From assembly GCA_045600125.1 (NCBI GenBank), contig JAZRXH010000095.1:1445-65444 (forward strand): a DNA stretch of 64,000 nt, written 5' to 3'. The translations under genes and the position numbers were made by a program. How positions within the stretch are numbered: the stretch's first letter is position 1; each line of letters starts with the position of its first letter. The stretch is from Eubacteriales bacterium. GTDB lineage: Bacteria; Bacillota; Clostridia; Oscillospirales; CAG-382. The notes below the pieces were generated by a model, which did not search any database, was not told the origin of the DNA, and saw only the letters and a program-made list of their open reading frames with translations. This document shows, in pieces, positions 1-9,389 of this stretch.

Positions 1-281
1 GGGAACAGGGCGTATTTCTGAAATACGGTGTTCACCTGACGCTTGTAGGCGGGAACGTTGTTGATCTTCGCACCGTCGAAATATACGTCTCCGCTGTCCG
101 GCGTGATAAAGCCGCCGATGATCCGGAGCGTCGTGGTCTTGCCGCATCCCGAGGGACCGAGCAGAGTGACGAACTCCTTGTCGCGGATGTCAAGGTCTAT
201 ACTTTTGAGGACCTGCTCGCCGTCAAACTGAACGACGATGTCCTTGAGACTTACGATAACGTTGTTTTCCAATCCCTGCAC
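1..281 (-). CDS. ABC transporter ATP-binding protein, PotA-like (N-terminal part only; the gene runs off the window edge)
   Basis: Reverse-strand translation reads [84 protein letters not shown]. It has a Walker A (GPSGCGKT) and a PotA/CysA-type N-terminus. The start is GTG at 279-281 or in-frame TTG at 270-272, after AGAGG. It is absent from the ORF track because it is truncated by the window. Confidence 0.8.
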   Translation of the reverse strand, partial: MQGLENNVIVSLKDIVVQFDGEQVLKSIDLDIRDKEFVTLLGPSGCGKTTTLRIIGGFITPDSGDVYFDGAKINNVPAYKRQVNTVFQKYALF

Positions 282-392
282 CTCTGTGCCGTGCTGTGTT
301 CGGCGCACTTTCCGCCTTACGGCTGTTATGTTTTCGATGTTTGCGTGCCTTCTTTTCATACAGCAGTATCGATTTGAAAAAAAGACTAAGAT

Positions 393-421
393 AATATATA
401 ACATTTTTACCCGTTTGTCAA
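393..421 (-). promoter_or_regulatory. sigma-A-type promoter for the potA-like gene
   Basis: The minus strand reads TTGACA-17 nt-TATATT. It lies about 105 nt upstream of the ABC ATPase start. Confidence 0.6.
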
Positions 422-430
422 TAGTTTTTC

Positions 431-560
431 ATAAAAATATCCCGAAATATCCCAAAATTCTTTGAAATATCCCAATTTTCCCCGAAATAGTGTCGAAAAT
501 ACCCCGTAATAGTCTGTTTTCCTCTGTAATCCTCCGAAATCCTCCCGAATCCTTCCTGCC
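431..560. repeat. 10-bp-phased degenerate repeat array (CCCGAAATAT-like units)
   Basis: Successive 10-nt blocks: cccgaaatat, cccaaaattc, tttgaaatat, cccaattttc, cccgaaatag, tgtcgaaaat, accccgtaat, then cctctgtaat, cctccgaaat, cctcccgaat, ccttcctgcc. The array lies between the divergent promoters. Confidence 0.8.
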
Positions 561-611
561 ATTTCCGCTGTTCTGCATCCTGCAAAAACAGAAATGCGAA
601 TGCGCCGGAAA

Positions 612-625
612 TGTAAACGTTTACA
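612..625. promoter_or_regulatory. perfect 14-bp palindrome matching the cre / LacI-family operator consensus
   Basis: TGTAAACGTTTACA fits TGWAANCGNTNWCA at every position. It lies 20 nt upstream of the -35 of the yicC promoter. Confidence 0.6.
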
Positions 626-644
626 AATAATCGCATTTTCGGCA

Positions 645-673
645 TTGACAAAACAGATAATATATTGTATAAT
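645..673 (+). promoter_or_regulatory. consensus sigma-A promoter of the yicC-remA-gmk-rpoZ operon
   Basis: TTGACA (645-650), a 17-nt spacer ending in TG, then TATAAT (668-673). Confidence 0.75.
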
Positions 674-766
674 GAAATGATAAAATTGACGATAATGGAT
701 TTTTGTTTGCATACGGCAAGTCCATACCGGTACTATGCCGCTTACGGCGGCGGAATGGAGACAAAT

Positions 767-1666
767 ATGATTCTCAGTATGACGGGCTTCGGCAGGGGGA
801 AGTGCAGCGGCGGCGGATGCGATTACACCGTGGAGATAAAGTCGGTGAATTCCCGTTTCAGCGACGTTACCTGCAAGATGCCGAAGACCTTCTTCCGTGC
901 GGAGGAAAAAATAAAGCAGGAGATCGCCAAGGTCGCATCGAGAGGAAAAATCGAGTTTTACCTTACCGTCGAGACCAGCAAGGACGCCGAGGACGACAAT
1001 ATCGAGCTGAACGAGCCGTACATAAGAGGCTATCTCAAGGCGCTGACACGTCTCAGTGAAGAATTCGGTCTTCGGAACGACGTATCGGTCATGTCGGTCG
1101 CCAAGAACCCCGAGGTGTTCATGCGGGCAAGAGCCGACGATGAAAGCGCCGACGAGCTTCTCGAAAAGATCCGTCCCGCCCTTACCGAGGCGCTGAACGA
1201 ATTCCACGGCATGAAGCGCACGGAAGGCACAAGGCTTGTCAATGACATTTATACAAAGATTGATACCATCGAAAGCATGGTGGAGGTCATCAAGACCAAG
1301 GTCCCGGAAACGGTGGAGAATTACAGAGTCCGTCTCACCGAAAGAGTGAAGGAGTTCCTTTCCGAAGCGCAGATCGACGAGAACCGCATCATCGAAGAGG
1401 TTGCCATCTTCACCGATAAGGCTGCCATCGACGAGGAAATGGTGCGTCTTGGCAGTCACATTGCGGAATTCCGTTCGATCCTTGCCGAGAACGAAAAGAG
1501 CGAGGCGGTGCCGGTGGGAAGAAAGCTCGACTTCCTTCTGCAGGAGATCAACCGGGAGATCAACACCACCGGAAGCAAGTGCAGCAGCGCCGATACGGCA
1601 AAGATCGTGGTAGACGCCAAGAGCGAGGCGGAAAAGGTGCGTGAACAGATTCAGAATCTCGAATAA
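767..1666 (+). CDS. yicC: YicC/YloC family stress-induced protein
   Basis: Same frame as track ORF 665..1666. I moved the start to ATG 767, which has GGAGAC just upstream and lies downstream of the consensus promoter at 645-673. The N-terminus MILSMTGFGRG is the family hallmark. Confidence 0.85.
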   Translation: MILSMTGFGRGKCSGGGCDYTVEIKSVNSRFSDVTCKMPKTFFRAEEKIKQEIAKVASRGKIEFYLTVETSKDAEDDNIELNEPYIRGYLKALTRLSEEFGLRNDVSVMSVAKNPEVFMRARADDESADELLEKIRPALTEALNEFHGMKRTEGTRLVNDIYTKIDTIESMVEVIKTKVPETVENYRVRLTERVKEFLSEAQIDENRIIEEVAIFTDKAAIDEEMVRLGSHIAEFRSILAENEKSEAVPVGRKLDFLLQEINREINTTGSKCSSADTAKIVVDAKSEAEKVREQIQNLE

Positions 1667-1717
1667 GACGGAATGCAGTGTCACATAGGATTTTAACTCT
1701 GAAAGGAAGGAAAGCTT

Positions 1718-1999
1718 ATGCAGCTTATCAATATAGGATTCGGAAATATGGTTTCGGCAAACAGGATCGTGGCTCTTGTGAGCCCGGACTCGGCGCCGAT
1801 CAAAAGACTGATCCAGGATACCCGTGAGTCCGGCAAGCTCATCGACGTGACATGCGGCAGAAGAACGAGAGCCGTAGTCATCACCGACAGCGACCACATC
1901 ATTCTCTCCGCCGTACAGCCGGAAACCATCTCCAACCGAGTCAGCGGCAACGACGCCGGCGATGACGAGGATGAGGAGGAAGAATCCGATGAGAAGTAA
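1718..1999 (+). CDS. remA: RemA (DUF370) family DNA-binding regulator
   Basis: 93 aa. [33 protein letters not shown] matches the RemA/YlzA family. RBS is GGAAGGAAAG. The acidic tail [12 protein letters not shown] is atypical. Its position between yicC and gmk is the conserved one. Confidence 0.9.
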   Translation: MQLINIGFGNMVSANRIVALVSPDSAPIKRLIQDTRESGKLIDVTCGRRTRAVVITDSDHIILSAVQPETISNRVSGNDAGDDEDEEEESDEK

Positions 2000-2612
2000 G
2001 GATATGAAGGAAGGACGTCTCATCGTCGTGTCCGGTCCCTCCGGCGCCGGGAAGGGGACGGTCCTGAAACAGCTTCTCTCCGCCCACGACGAGTATATGT
2101 ATTCGGTATCCGCCACCACAAGACTGCCCCGCGACGGCGAAGTGAACGGCACCGATTACTTCTTTCTGACAAGAGATGAATTTACCTCGATGATCGACGC
2201 CGGCGGCCTTCTCGAGTACGCCGTATACAACAACAACTTTTACGGTACTCCGAGAAAGTTCGTGGAGAACACCCTTGCGGACGGCAAAAACGTGGTGCTG
2301 GAGATCGACGTGCAGGGAGCATTGCAGATCAGGAAGATCTTTCCCGGCGCCATCTTCATCTTCATAACGCCCGAAAGCTACGGCACTCTCGCCGCCCGCC
2401 TCTCCGGAAGAGGCACCGAGACCGAGGAGGTAATCGGTTCCCGTCTTTCCATCGCAAAGAAGGAAGCACCTCTCGCATTCCTTTACGACTACGTGGTCGT
2501 GAACCGGGAGAACCGTCTTGACGAAGCGGTGGAGGATATCCTCGCCTGCGTCCGGGCGGAGAACCTGAAGCCGGTTATCAACCGGGACGTCATCGAGACC
2601 TACATCGGCTGA
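1989..2612 (+). CDS. gmk: guanylate kinase
   Basis: P-loop GPSGAGKGT, then the conserved [19 protein letters not shown] segment. I prefer the ATG at 1989 (GAGGAGGAAG upstream) over 1962 or 2004. It overlaps the remA 3' end by 11 nt. Confidence 0.9.
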   Translation: MRSKDMKEGRLIVVSGPSGAGKGTVLKQLLSAHDEYMYSVSATTRLPRDGEVNGTDYFFLTRDEFTSMIDAGGLLEYAVYNNNFYGTPRKFVENTLADGKNVVLEIDVQGALQIRKIFPGAIFIFITPESYGTLAARLSGRGTETEEVIGSRLSIAKKEAPLAFLYDYVVVNRENRLDEAVEDILACVRAENLKPVINRDVIETYIG

Positions 2613-2673
2613 CAAGAGCCTGACAAGTATCGTAACAAAAAACTTTATATATGAAAAAAGGAGAAAACCCATC

Positions 2674-3006
2674 ATGATGATCAAGCCTTCCATTGAACAG
2701 CTTACCGAAGAAAGCAGCTGCAACCGTTATACCCTCGTGATTGCCGCTGCCAAGAGCGCCAGATACGTGACCGCCAAGCAGAAGCTTTACAGAGACACCG
2801 AAAGGATCGAAAAGTCCGAGATGAAGTCCGAAAAGCAGGACAAGACGGATGATATCGTCATCCCCGCAACCGAAAAGCAGCCTCTTCGCCGTGACCTCTA
2901 CGAGGAAAAGCCCGTCAGCGCCGGTATTTCTCTTATCCACGACGGAGACTTCCGCATCATCAAGCCCGCCGAAATCGCCAAGGCAGACGGCACGTTGCCG
3001 GAATAA
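2674..3006 (+). CDS. rpoZ: DNA-directed RNA polymerase subunit omega (long form, 110 aa)
   Basis: The N-terminus MMIKPSIEQLTEESSCNRYTLVIAAAKSARYV is RpoZ-like. RBS is AAGGAG. The position after gmk is conserved. The C-terminal extension is longer than usual. Confidence 0.85.
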   Translation: MMIKPSIEQLTEESSCNRYTLVIAAAKSARYVTAKQKLYRDTERIEKSEMKSEKQDKTDDIVIPATEKQPLRRDLYEEKPVSAGISLIHDGDFRIIKPAEIAKADGTLPE

Positions 3007-3102
3007 GCGCATTTTCTTCAAATAGAAGGACGCAGATTTTCAGAGATTCAAAGACGCAAAGACTCAAAGAGAGAATAATTCGTTGTGCAGGGGGTGTTCG
3101 TT

Positions 3103-5613
3103 ATGACTGAGATCTCTCATGCTGCGGCGGGTACGTCCTGCCGTATAGTGGGTGTTCACATATTGAACGCCCCCTATCAGATAGATAAGGAATACGATTA
3201 CGAGCTGCCGCAGAATACCGTGGATTCCATCGGCATCGGCAGCATCGTCGTGGTCCCCTTCGGCGGCGGCAACCGTTACGTTCTCGCCGTGGTGTCTTCC
3301 TTCAAAGACGAGACCGACGTGAAGATGCTGAAGCCGGTGACGGGAGTGCCCATCGAGGGACTTTCCATCGGCGAAGAGCTGTACGGCCTTTGTGAATTTA
3401 TGAAGGAACGGGTCTTCTGCTCAATCGGAGAGGCGGCGAAAACCGTTCTTCCCTCGGGACTCAGCGTAAAGACCAACGTGTATTACACGGTGGGGAATCG
3501 GAGGGACTCGGTAAAGCTGAATGCCGAAACGGCAAAGATCGTCGACTATATAGCCGCAAAGGAAAAGGCGACCGAAGCCGAGATCAAGGCGGAATTCGGC
3601 AAGGCGGCTTCCTGCCTTGCAAGACTCGTGCGGATGGAAGTGCTGGAGCGGACGAGCGACATCAACTGCCGTCTGAACACCAAAAGCGACCGGTACGTCC
3701 GCCTCCTTCTCGGCAGCGAGGAGCTTTCCGAACGTCTCGAGAGCCATCGGAGCGGTTTTACAAGAAAGCAGCTGGATGCTCTGTATTTCCTTATCAAAAA
3801 TCCGTTTTCCCCTCTTTCGGAGCTTACGGAGTACGCATCGGTCGGTGAATCGGTGGTGAGGGAGCTTGTGAAAAAGGAAGCGGTGGAGATCGTTCCGATC
3901 CCGACCGACCGGAATCCTTACATGAACGTCGAAAAGAGCCATGCCGACTTCAGTCTCAGCCCCGAGCAGCAGGCGGCGTTCGATACGCTTCTCGAATTGT
4001 ATAAGGATAAGGAACCGAGGGCGGCGCTTCTCTTCGGTGTGACGGGAAGCGGCAAGACCAACGTCATCCAGAAGCTCTGCGATAAGGCGCTGGAGGACGG
4101 AAAGGGCGTTATCATCCTCGTTCCCGAGATCGCTCTCACGTCGCAGGCGGTGGGCATCTTTGCGGGACGGTACGGCGAAAAGGTCGCCGTGCTCCATTCG
4201 GGACTCTCTGCCGGAGAGCGGCTGGACGCATGGAGAAGGATTTCCTCGGGGGACGCTTCGGTAGTCCTCGGGACACGCTCGGCGATTTTCGCTCCCGTAA
4301 AAGAGCTCGGTCTTATTGTTATCGACGAGGAGCAGGAAAGCTCCTTCAAGTCGGACATGACGCCCCGGTATCACGCCCGGGATATCGCCAGATACCGCTG
4401 TGCAAAGACCGGAGCCATGATGCTCCTTTCCTCCGCAACGCCGAGCATAGAAAGCTATTATAAAGCCAAAGAGGGCGTTTACACCCTCGTGACTATGAAA
4501 AACCGTTATTCCAAGAACGGGCTTCCCGACGTCGAGATCTGCGACATGCGGGACGATACCGGCATTCCGAATACGGCGGACGGCTCGGAGGTGGCGCAGA
4601 GGCTTGTGGGGACAAGACTCCATACCGAGCTGAAAGAGAACCTCGAAAAAGGCGAGCAGTCGGTGCTGTTCATCAACCGGCGGGGCTACCGTGCCTTTAT
4701 TTCCTGCCGCAAGTGCGGATACGTCATGAAGTGTCCCCACTGCTCGGTATCCATGACGTACCATAAATACGGATATGCCGGCGGACGGATGAAGTGCCAT
4801 TATTGTGGCTATGAGACCGCCGTACCGACCGTGTGTCCCGAATGCGGGAGCGAGCATATTTCGTCGATGGGTACCGGAACGCAGATGCTGGAGGAACAGC
4901 TGGGACAGTATTTTCCCGAGGCTCGTCTGCTTCGGATGGACACCGATACGACAAGCGGAAAGCTGGGACACGACGCCATCCTCGAGAGCTTTCGGAAGCA
5001 CGAGGCGGATATCCTCCTCGGAACGCAGATGGTGACGAAGGGACACGATTTCGGCGCCGTTTCTCTGGTGGGCGTCCTTAATGCCGATACCTCTCTTTAC
5101 ATACCCGACTACCGTGCCAACGAGCGCACCTTTGCTCTTCTTACGCAGGTCATCGGCAGAGCGGGCAGGGCAGAACGTCCCGGCAGAGCTATCATCCAGA
5201 GCTATTCCCCCGAGCACGAGGTCATACAGAAGGCGAAAACGCAGGACTACGAAAAATTCTACGAAAGCGAGATCCGTTTCCGGAAGGCGGCAAAATACCC
5301 GCCGTTCTGCGACATCATGAAAATCTCCTTCAGCTCGGAAATCGAGAACGACGCCATAAAGTCGGCTTCCCGCTTTGCTGCAAGACTGGATGAGGAACGG
5401 AGCGGTGCTTTCTCCGACGCAAAGCTTCTTGTGTTCGGACCCTTCGCTGCGGGCGTCTATAAAGTTGCGGGAAGGTACCGGATCAACATCGTCGTAAAGT
5501 GCGGCAACACCAGGAGGACAAGAGAGCTCTTTGCGGCGCTTTACACGGAATTCCTTCTCGGCGTTTCCGGGGACGTCAGTATCTCCATGGACATGAACCC
5601 GCTCAGTCTGTGA
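3103..5613 (+). CDS. priA: primosomal protein N' (replication restart helicase PriA)
   Basis: Walker A GVTGSGKT, a DEEQE box, and two Cys4 zinc motifs (CRKCG..CPHC and CHYCG..CPEC). Start moved to ATG 3103, with AGGGGG 8 nt upstream. Confidence 0.95.
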   Translation: MTEISHAAAGTSCRIVGVHILNAPYQIDKEYDYELPQNTVDSIGIGSIVVVPFGGGNRYVLAVVSSFKDETDVKMLKPVTGVPIEGLSIGEELYGLCEFMKERVFCSIGEAAKTVLPSGLSVKTNVYYTVGNRRDSVKLNAETAKIVDYIAAKEKATEAEIKAEFGKAASCLARLVRMEVLERTSDINCRLNTKSDRYVRLLLGSEELSERLESHRSGFTRKQLDALYFLIKNPFSPLSELTEYASVGESVVRELVKKEAVEIVPIPTDRNPYMNVEKSHADFSLSPEQQAAFDTLLELYKDKEPRAALLFGVTGSGKTNVIQKLCDKALEDGKGVIILVPEIALTSQAVGIFAGRYGEKVAVLHSGLSAGERLDAWRRISSGDASVVLGTRSAIFAPVKELGLIVIDEEQESSFKSDMTPRYHARDIARYRCAKTGAMMLLSSATPSIESYYKAKEGVYTLVTMKNRYSKNGLPDVEICDMRDDTGIPNTADGSEVAQRLVGTRLHTELKENLEKGEQSVLFINRRGYRAFISCRKCGYVMKCPHCSVSMTYHKYGYAGGRMKCHYCGYETAVPTVCPECGSEHISSMGTGTQMLEEQLGQYFPEARLLRMDTDTTSGKLGHDAILESFRKHEADILLGTQMVTKGHDFGAVSLVGVLNADTSLYIPDYRANERTFALLTQVIGRAGRAERPGRAIIQSYSPEHEVIQKAKTQDYEKFYESEIRFRKAAKYPPFCDIMKISFSSEIENDAIKSASRFAARLDEERSGAFSDAKLLVFGPFAAGVYKVAGRYRINIVVKCGNTRRTRELFAALYTEFLLGVSGDVSISMDMNPLSL

Positions 5614-5689
5614 CGGCGCTTTCAAAATAGAACGAGAATAAAACCTTATAATATAAATCGCATCTTCCAAAAAGAAAGGAATGTTCAGC

Positions 5690-6166
5690 ATGGCATATCT
5701 CCACATCATGACCGAAAAGGAGCCGGTGCTCCGCAAAATATCCAAGCCCGTGACCGAAATATCCCAGAGAACTCTCACACTTCTCGACGATATGGCGGAT
5801 ACCCTTATCCGTGCCGAGGGCGTCGGTCTTGCCGCTCCGCAGGTGGGCGTTCTCAAAAGAATGTTCATCATGGACATAAAGCCGGACGACGGACACGAGA
5901 TCGTGGAATTCATAAACCCGAGGATCGTCAAGACCGAGGGTCATCAGGAGGAGATCGAGGGATGTCTTTCGGTGCCCGGAAAATACGGCATCGTGCCCCG
6001 TCCCATGACGGTCACCGTGGAGGCGCAGGACCGCAGCGGCAAGACCTTTACTTTTACCGAAAGCGGTCTTTACGGCAAGTGCCTCTGCCACGAGTACGAC
6101 CATCTGGACGGCATCCTCTATACCGATAAGGCAACACGGATGCTCGACCCGGACGAGGTGGAATAA
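5690..6166 (+). CDS. def: peptide deformylase
   Basis: All three catalytic motifs are present: GVGLAAPQ, EGCLSVPG and HEYDHLDG. I prefer ATG 5690 because AAAGGA sits 9 nt upstream. Confidence 0.95.
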   Translation: MAYLHIMTEKEPVLRKISKPVTEISQRTLTLLDDMADTLIRAEGVGLAAPQVGVLKRMFIMDIKPDDGHEIVEFINPRIVKTEGHQEEIEGCLSVPGKYGIVPRPMTVTVEAQDRSGKTFTFTESGLYGKCLCHEYDHLDGILYTDKATRMLDPDEVE

Positions 6167-6214
6167 CGGCAGCCGGCTGCCGCACGACCTTTTGCGAAAG
6201 GAAACTACGTTATT

Positions 6215-7168
6215 ATGACTGAAAAAGATTTAAGGATCGTCTATATGGGTACTCCCGACTTTGCGGTGAGCTCTTTATCCGCTCTTTGCGAGGCGGGCTT
6301 CAACGTGGTGGGGGTATTCACAAAGCCCGACACGCTTTCCGGCAGAGGCATGAAGGTAAAGGTTTCCGACGTGAAGAAATACGCACTGGAAAAAGGACTC
6401 CCGGTGTATCAGCCGACGACCTTCAAGGATAACGCCTGCCTCGACCTTCTTCGTGAGCTTTCTCCCGATATGATCGTCGTTGCCGCCTACGGCAAGATCC
6501 TGCCGCCCTACGTCATTGACTATCCGAAGTACGGCTGTATCAACATCCATGGCTCGCTTCTTCCGAAATACCGGGGAGCGGCGCCCATTCAGAGAGCGGT
6601 GCTGAACGGCGACGGGAAGGCGGGACTTACCATTATGAAGATGGACTACGGCATGGATACCGGCGATATTCTGAAAACCGCCGAGGTGAAGGTCAGCGAT
6701 ACCGATGATACCGGCAATCTCTTCGACCGCCTCGCCGTTTTGTCAAAAGAACTGATCGTGGACGCCGTAAAGGAAATCTATGAAGGAAAGCTGACCCCCG
6801 TAAAACAGAACGAAAGCGAAGCCACCTATGCGGATAAGATTACGGCAGAGGAGGAAATAATAGATTTCACAAAGAGCTGCCGTGAGGTCCATAACAGGAT
6901 CCGGGGACTTTCTCCCTTCCCGGGAGCAAGGACCTTCCTCGGCGGAAAGCTCTTCAAAATCTACGCCTCTTCCTATACCGACTACGCTGCCCCGGAGGAT
7001 GCGTCTTGCGGCGAGGTCGTCGTTTGCGCCAAGGGCAGGCTGTTTGTAAAGTGTGCGGACGGCTGTCTTGCCCTGCAGAGCCTGAAGCCGGAAGGAAGCA
7101 AGCTTCTGACCGCCGCCGACGTGATCAACGGCAGGAAGGTCGCTCTCGGTGATGTTTTCGGTGAATGA
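6215..7168 (+). CDS. fmt: methionyl-tRNA formyltransferase
   Basis: Formyltransferase core HGSLLPKYRGAAPIQRA, plus the conserved def-fmt adjacency. Confidence 0.95.
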   Translation: MTEKDLRIVYMGTPDFAVSSLSALCEAGFNVVGVFTKPDTLSGRGMKVKVSDVKKYALEKGLPVYQPTTFKDNACLDLLRELSPDMIVVAAYGKILPPYVIDYPKYGCINIHGSLLPKYRGAAPIQRAVLNGDGKAGLTIMKMDYGMDTGDILKTAEVKVSDTDDTGNLFDRLAVLSKELIVDAVKEIYEGKLTPVKQNESEATYADKITAEEEIIDFTKSCREVHNRIRGLSPFPGARTFLGGKLFKIYASSYTDYAAPEDASCGEVVVCAKGRLFVKCADGCLALQSLKPEGSKLLTAADVINGRKVALGDVFGE

Positions 7169-7243
7169 GCGGCTGAACGCCTGATAATTCTTCGTTTTGA
7201 TTTTCCGAATCTGACTGTATTATCCTTTGGAAAGGAGACAAAC

Positions 7244-7948
7244 ATGATCATTTATATCCTCCTTCTTTGCGCCATTGCGTATTCCTTCTGGGCGCAGGTC
7301 AACGTATCGGGCACCTTTTCCAAGTACTCGAAGAAGCCCAATGCCTCGGGTCTTACCGGAGCGCAGGCGGCAAGACTCATCCTCGACCGCAACGGTCTCG
7401 GCAATATTGCCATCGAGCACGTGCCGGGAGAGCTGACCGACCATTACGATCCGTCCGCTCACGTTCTGCGTCTTTCCGATTCGACCTATGCACAGAGCAC
7501 CAGCGCCGCTGTGGGCGTGGCGGCTCACGAGGCGGGACACGCCATTCAGCATTCGGTCGGCTACGCTCCCATCAACATCCGTATGGCGATCGTGCCGCTG
7601 TGCAATCTCGGCTCAAAGCTCGCCATGCCGCTTGTCATCATCGGTCTTGCCATCAATGCGTATCTTGCATTTGACTCGGGTACCGGCTTCGGCTATACCC
7701 TTGCCATGATCGGCGTTCTCGCTTACGGCCTTGCCGCTTTCTTCCAATTCATCACCCTTCCCGTGGAATTCAACGCCTCCTCGAGAGCGCTGAAGATCAT
7801 AGAGCAGGAAAACCTTCTCGGCACGGAAGAGCTTTCCGATTCCAAAAAGGTATTGAAGGCTGCCGCTCTGACCTACGTTGCGGCGTTTGCCGTATCCTTT
7901 TTGCAGTTTCTCCGGCTTCTCAGCGTCGTCCGGAACAGCCGCCGCTGA
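7244..7948 (+). CDS. membrane zinc metallopeptidase (YugP / Zn_peptidase_2-like)
   Basis: HExxH motif HEAGHAIQH, an N-terminal TM segment and C-terminal hydrophobic helices. RBS is AAAGGAG. Confidence 0.8.
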   Translation: MIIYILLLCAIAYSFWAQVNVSGTFSKYSKKPNASGLTGAQAARLILDRNGLGNIAIEHVPGELTDHYDPSAHVLRLSDSTYAQSTSAAVGVAAHEAGHAIQHSVGYAPINIRMAIVPLCNLGSKLAMPLVIIGLAINAYLAFDSGTGFGYTLAMIGVLAYGLAAFFQFITLPVEFNASSRALKIIEQENLLGTEELSDSKKVLKAAALTYVAAFAVSFLQFLRLLSVVRNSRR

Positions 7949-7997
7949 AAGAGACCGAATATACCCATATCCAATATTATGAAGGGAATGCAAATCA

Positions 7998-9317
7998 TTG
8001 AATCCGAGAAAAGCAGCCGTGCTGTCCCTCAACTCCTGCATCAGAAACGGCAGATTCACCAACCTCGAGCTTGACAGCGCAGTGAAAAAATACGGCCTTG
8101 AAGGACTCGACAAGAGCTTCTTTACGGCGCTTCTGTACGGGACCACCGAAAGACTGATCACGCTTGACTATATCATTTCCAAGTTCTCGAATATTCCGCC
8201 GGAGAAGATCGACGCCGTGATCCTCTGCATCCTTCGGACGGCGGTCTATCAGCTCCTCTACATGGACAGAGTGCCGGACAGCGCCGCCTGCAACGAGGCG
8301 GTGGACATCTGCCGTACCACCTCCCACAGCGACAACCAGTGCGGCTTTGTGAACGGTGTCCTCCGTTCGGTGTGCCGCAATAAAGAAAAGATCCCCGCTC
8401 TCCTTGACGAGCCGGGCGGAATGAAGTCGCTTTCACTGAAAACGAGCATTCCCGAGTGGATTCTCGCATCGCTTGCCGATGACTACGGGACAGAGACCGC
8501 CGAGGGCTTTGCAAGGCACATATCCGAGGCGGGGCAGGGGCTAACGCTCCGGGTCAATACCCTGAAGACCGACCGGGAGACCCTTCTTTCTTCTCTCGGT
8601 GCCCACGCAAGCCCCACGCCCTATTCGCCTTTCGGTATCCGCATGGACGGCAGTTTCCCTGCCGCCGAGCTGTACGGTTTTGATGAAGGGCTGTTCTTCG
8701 TGCAGGATGAGGCTTCCCAGCTTTGCGGAACTCTTCTTTCCGATTGCGGTGAGGATACCGTCCTTGCAGACGTTTGTGCCTGCCCGGGCGGCAAGACCTT
8801 TTCCGCTTCTCTGTGTATGGGCAATAAGGGCAGGATCTATTCCTTTGACCTGCACAAAAACCGGGTACAGCTCATTGCCAGGGGTGCCGAGCGGCTGGGA
8901 CTTACCAATATCGAGATCGCCGCACACGACGCAAGAGAGCCGGACGAAGCCCTTTTCGGAAGGTGCGACTATGTGATCTGCGACGTGCCCTGCTCGGGAC
9001 TCGGCGTGATCGCCAAGAAGCCGGATATCCGTTATAAGAACAAAGAGGAGATCGAGAACCTTCCCGGTGTTCAGTACGATATCCTGTGCGCTTCGGCAAA
9101 TTACCTCAAAAAGGGCGGAACGCTTATGTACTCGACCTGCACCGTCCGCCGTGCCGAAAACGACGATATCGTGGACAGATTCATCTCGGAACATGAGGGA
9201 TATTCCCTTGTAAGCACCGGCGTTCTCGGGAAAGAGGATAACGGTAAGGTGACGCTTTTTCCGCATATCCATGGAACCGACGGTTTTTTTATATCTAAAA
9301 TCGTAAAGAACGGCTGA
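7998..9317 (+). CDS. rsmB: 16S rRNA (cytosine967-C5)-methyltransferase RsmB/Sun
   Basis: NusB-like N-terminal region plus SAM methyltransferase motifs DVCACPGGKT, CDVPCSGLG and YSTCT. TTG start with GAAGGGAA upstream. Confidence 0.9.
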   Translation: MNPRKAAVLSLNSCIRNGRFTNLELDSAVKKYGLEGLDKSFFTALLYGTTERLITLDYIISKFSNIPPEKIDAVILCILRTAVYQLLYMDRVPDSAACNEAVDICRTTSHSDNQCGFVNGVLRSVCRNKEKIPALLDEPGGMKSLSLKTSIPEWILASLADDYGTETAEGFARHISEAGQGLTLRVNTLKTDRETLLSSLGAHASPTPYSPFGIRMDGSFPAAELYGFDEGLFFVQDEASQLCGTLLSDCGEDTVLADVCACPGGKTFSASLCMGNKGRIYSFDLHKNRVQLIARGAERLGLTNIEIAAHDAREPDEALFGRCDYVICDVPCSGLGVIAKKPDIRYKNKEEIENLPGVQYDILCASANYLKKGGTLMYSTCTVRRAENDDIVDRFISEHEGYSLVSTGVLGKEDNGKVTLFPHIHGTDGFFISKIVKNG

Positions 9318-9389
9318 TTTTTCCGACGTCTGTCGGAGTCTGATTCCTATTCATGTTTGTTATAGACGTTTTTTGATCGGAGGAGCAAA

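Noticed and set aside
431-560. Possible CRISPR-like or minisatellite array.
   Set aside because: The units are only 10 nt, degenerate and contiguous, with no spacers. There are no cas genes or leader. I interpret it as a phased regulatory or curved-DNA element instead.
418-651. A 77-aa minus-strand ORF whose C-terminus shows repeated peptide motifs (GYFRHYFGENWDISKNFGIFRDIF).
   Set aside because: The peptide repeats are just the translation of the 10-bp DNA repeat array. The ORF spans the region upstream of both mapped promoters and has no RBS. I treat it as non-coding.
645-673. Near-identity between the yicC promoter (TTGACAAAACAGATAATATATTGTATAAT) and ACP promoter P1 at 14504-14532 (TTGACAAAACAGATAAAATGTGGTATAAT). 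This might suggest a dispersed repeat or mobile promoter cassette.
   Set aside because: The similarity is confined to the 29-bp promoter core. Other promoters in the window (26656, 33537, 14590, and 393-421 on the minus strand) share the same TTGACAA-plus-A-rich-spacer style. This most likely reflects the lineage's consensus promoter architecture rather than a repeat element.
407-2152. A 581-aa ORF antisense to yicC, remA and gmk. Similar very long antisense ORFs occur elsewhere: 3421-5931, 11281-13491, 14899-17187, 17269-18816, 25248-26501, 26698-28602, 41634-43835, 49359-52643 and 55922-57136.
   Set aside because: Each lies opposite a gene with clear family motifs. They have low-complexity, Arg/Gly/Val/His-rich composition with no recognisable domains and no RBS. 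They are the stop-poor shadow frames expected in GC-rich, codon-biased coding sequence.
9323-9338. A TCCGAC-gtct-GTCGGA hairpin between rsmB and rlmN, considered as a possible terminator.
   Set aside because: The T-run lies upstream rather than downstream of the stem on the coding strand. The genes belong to a conserved co-transcribed cluster. It is not a convincing terminator.
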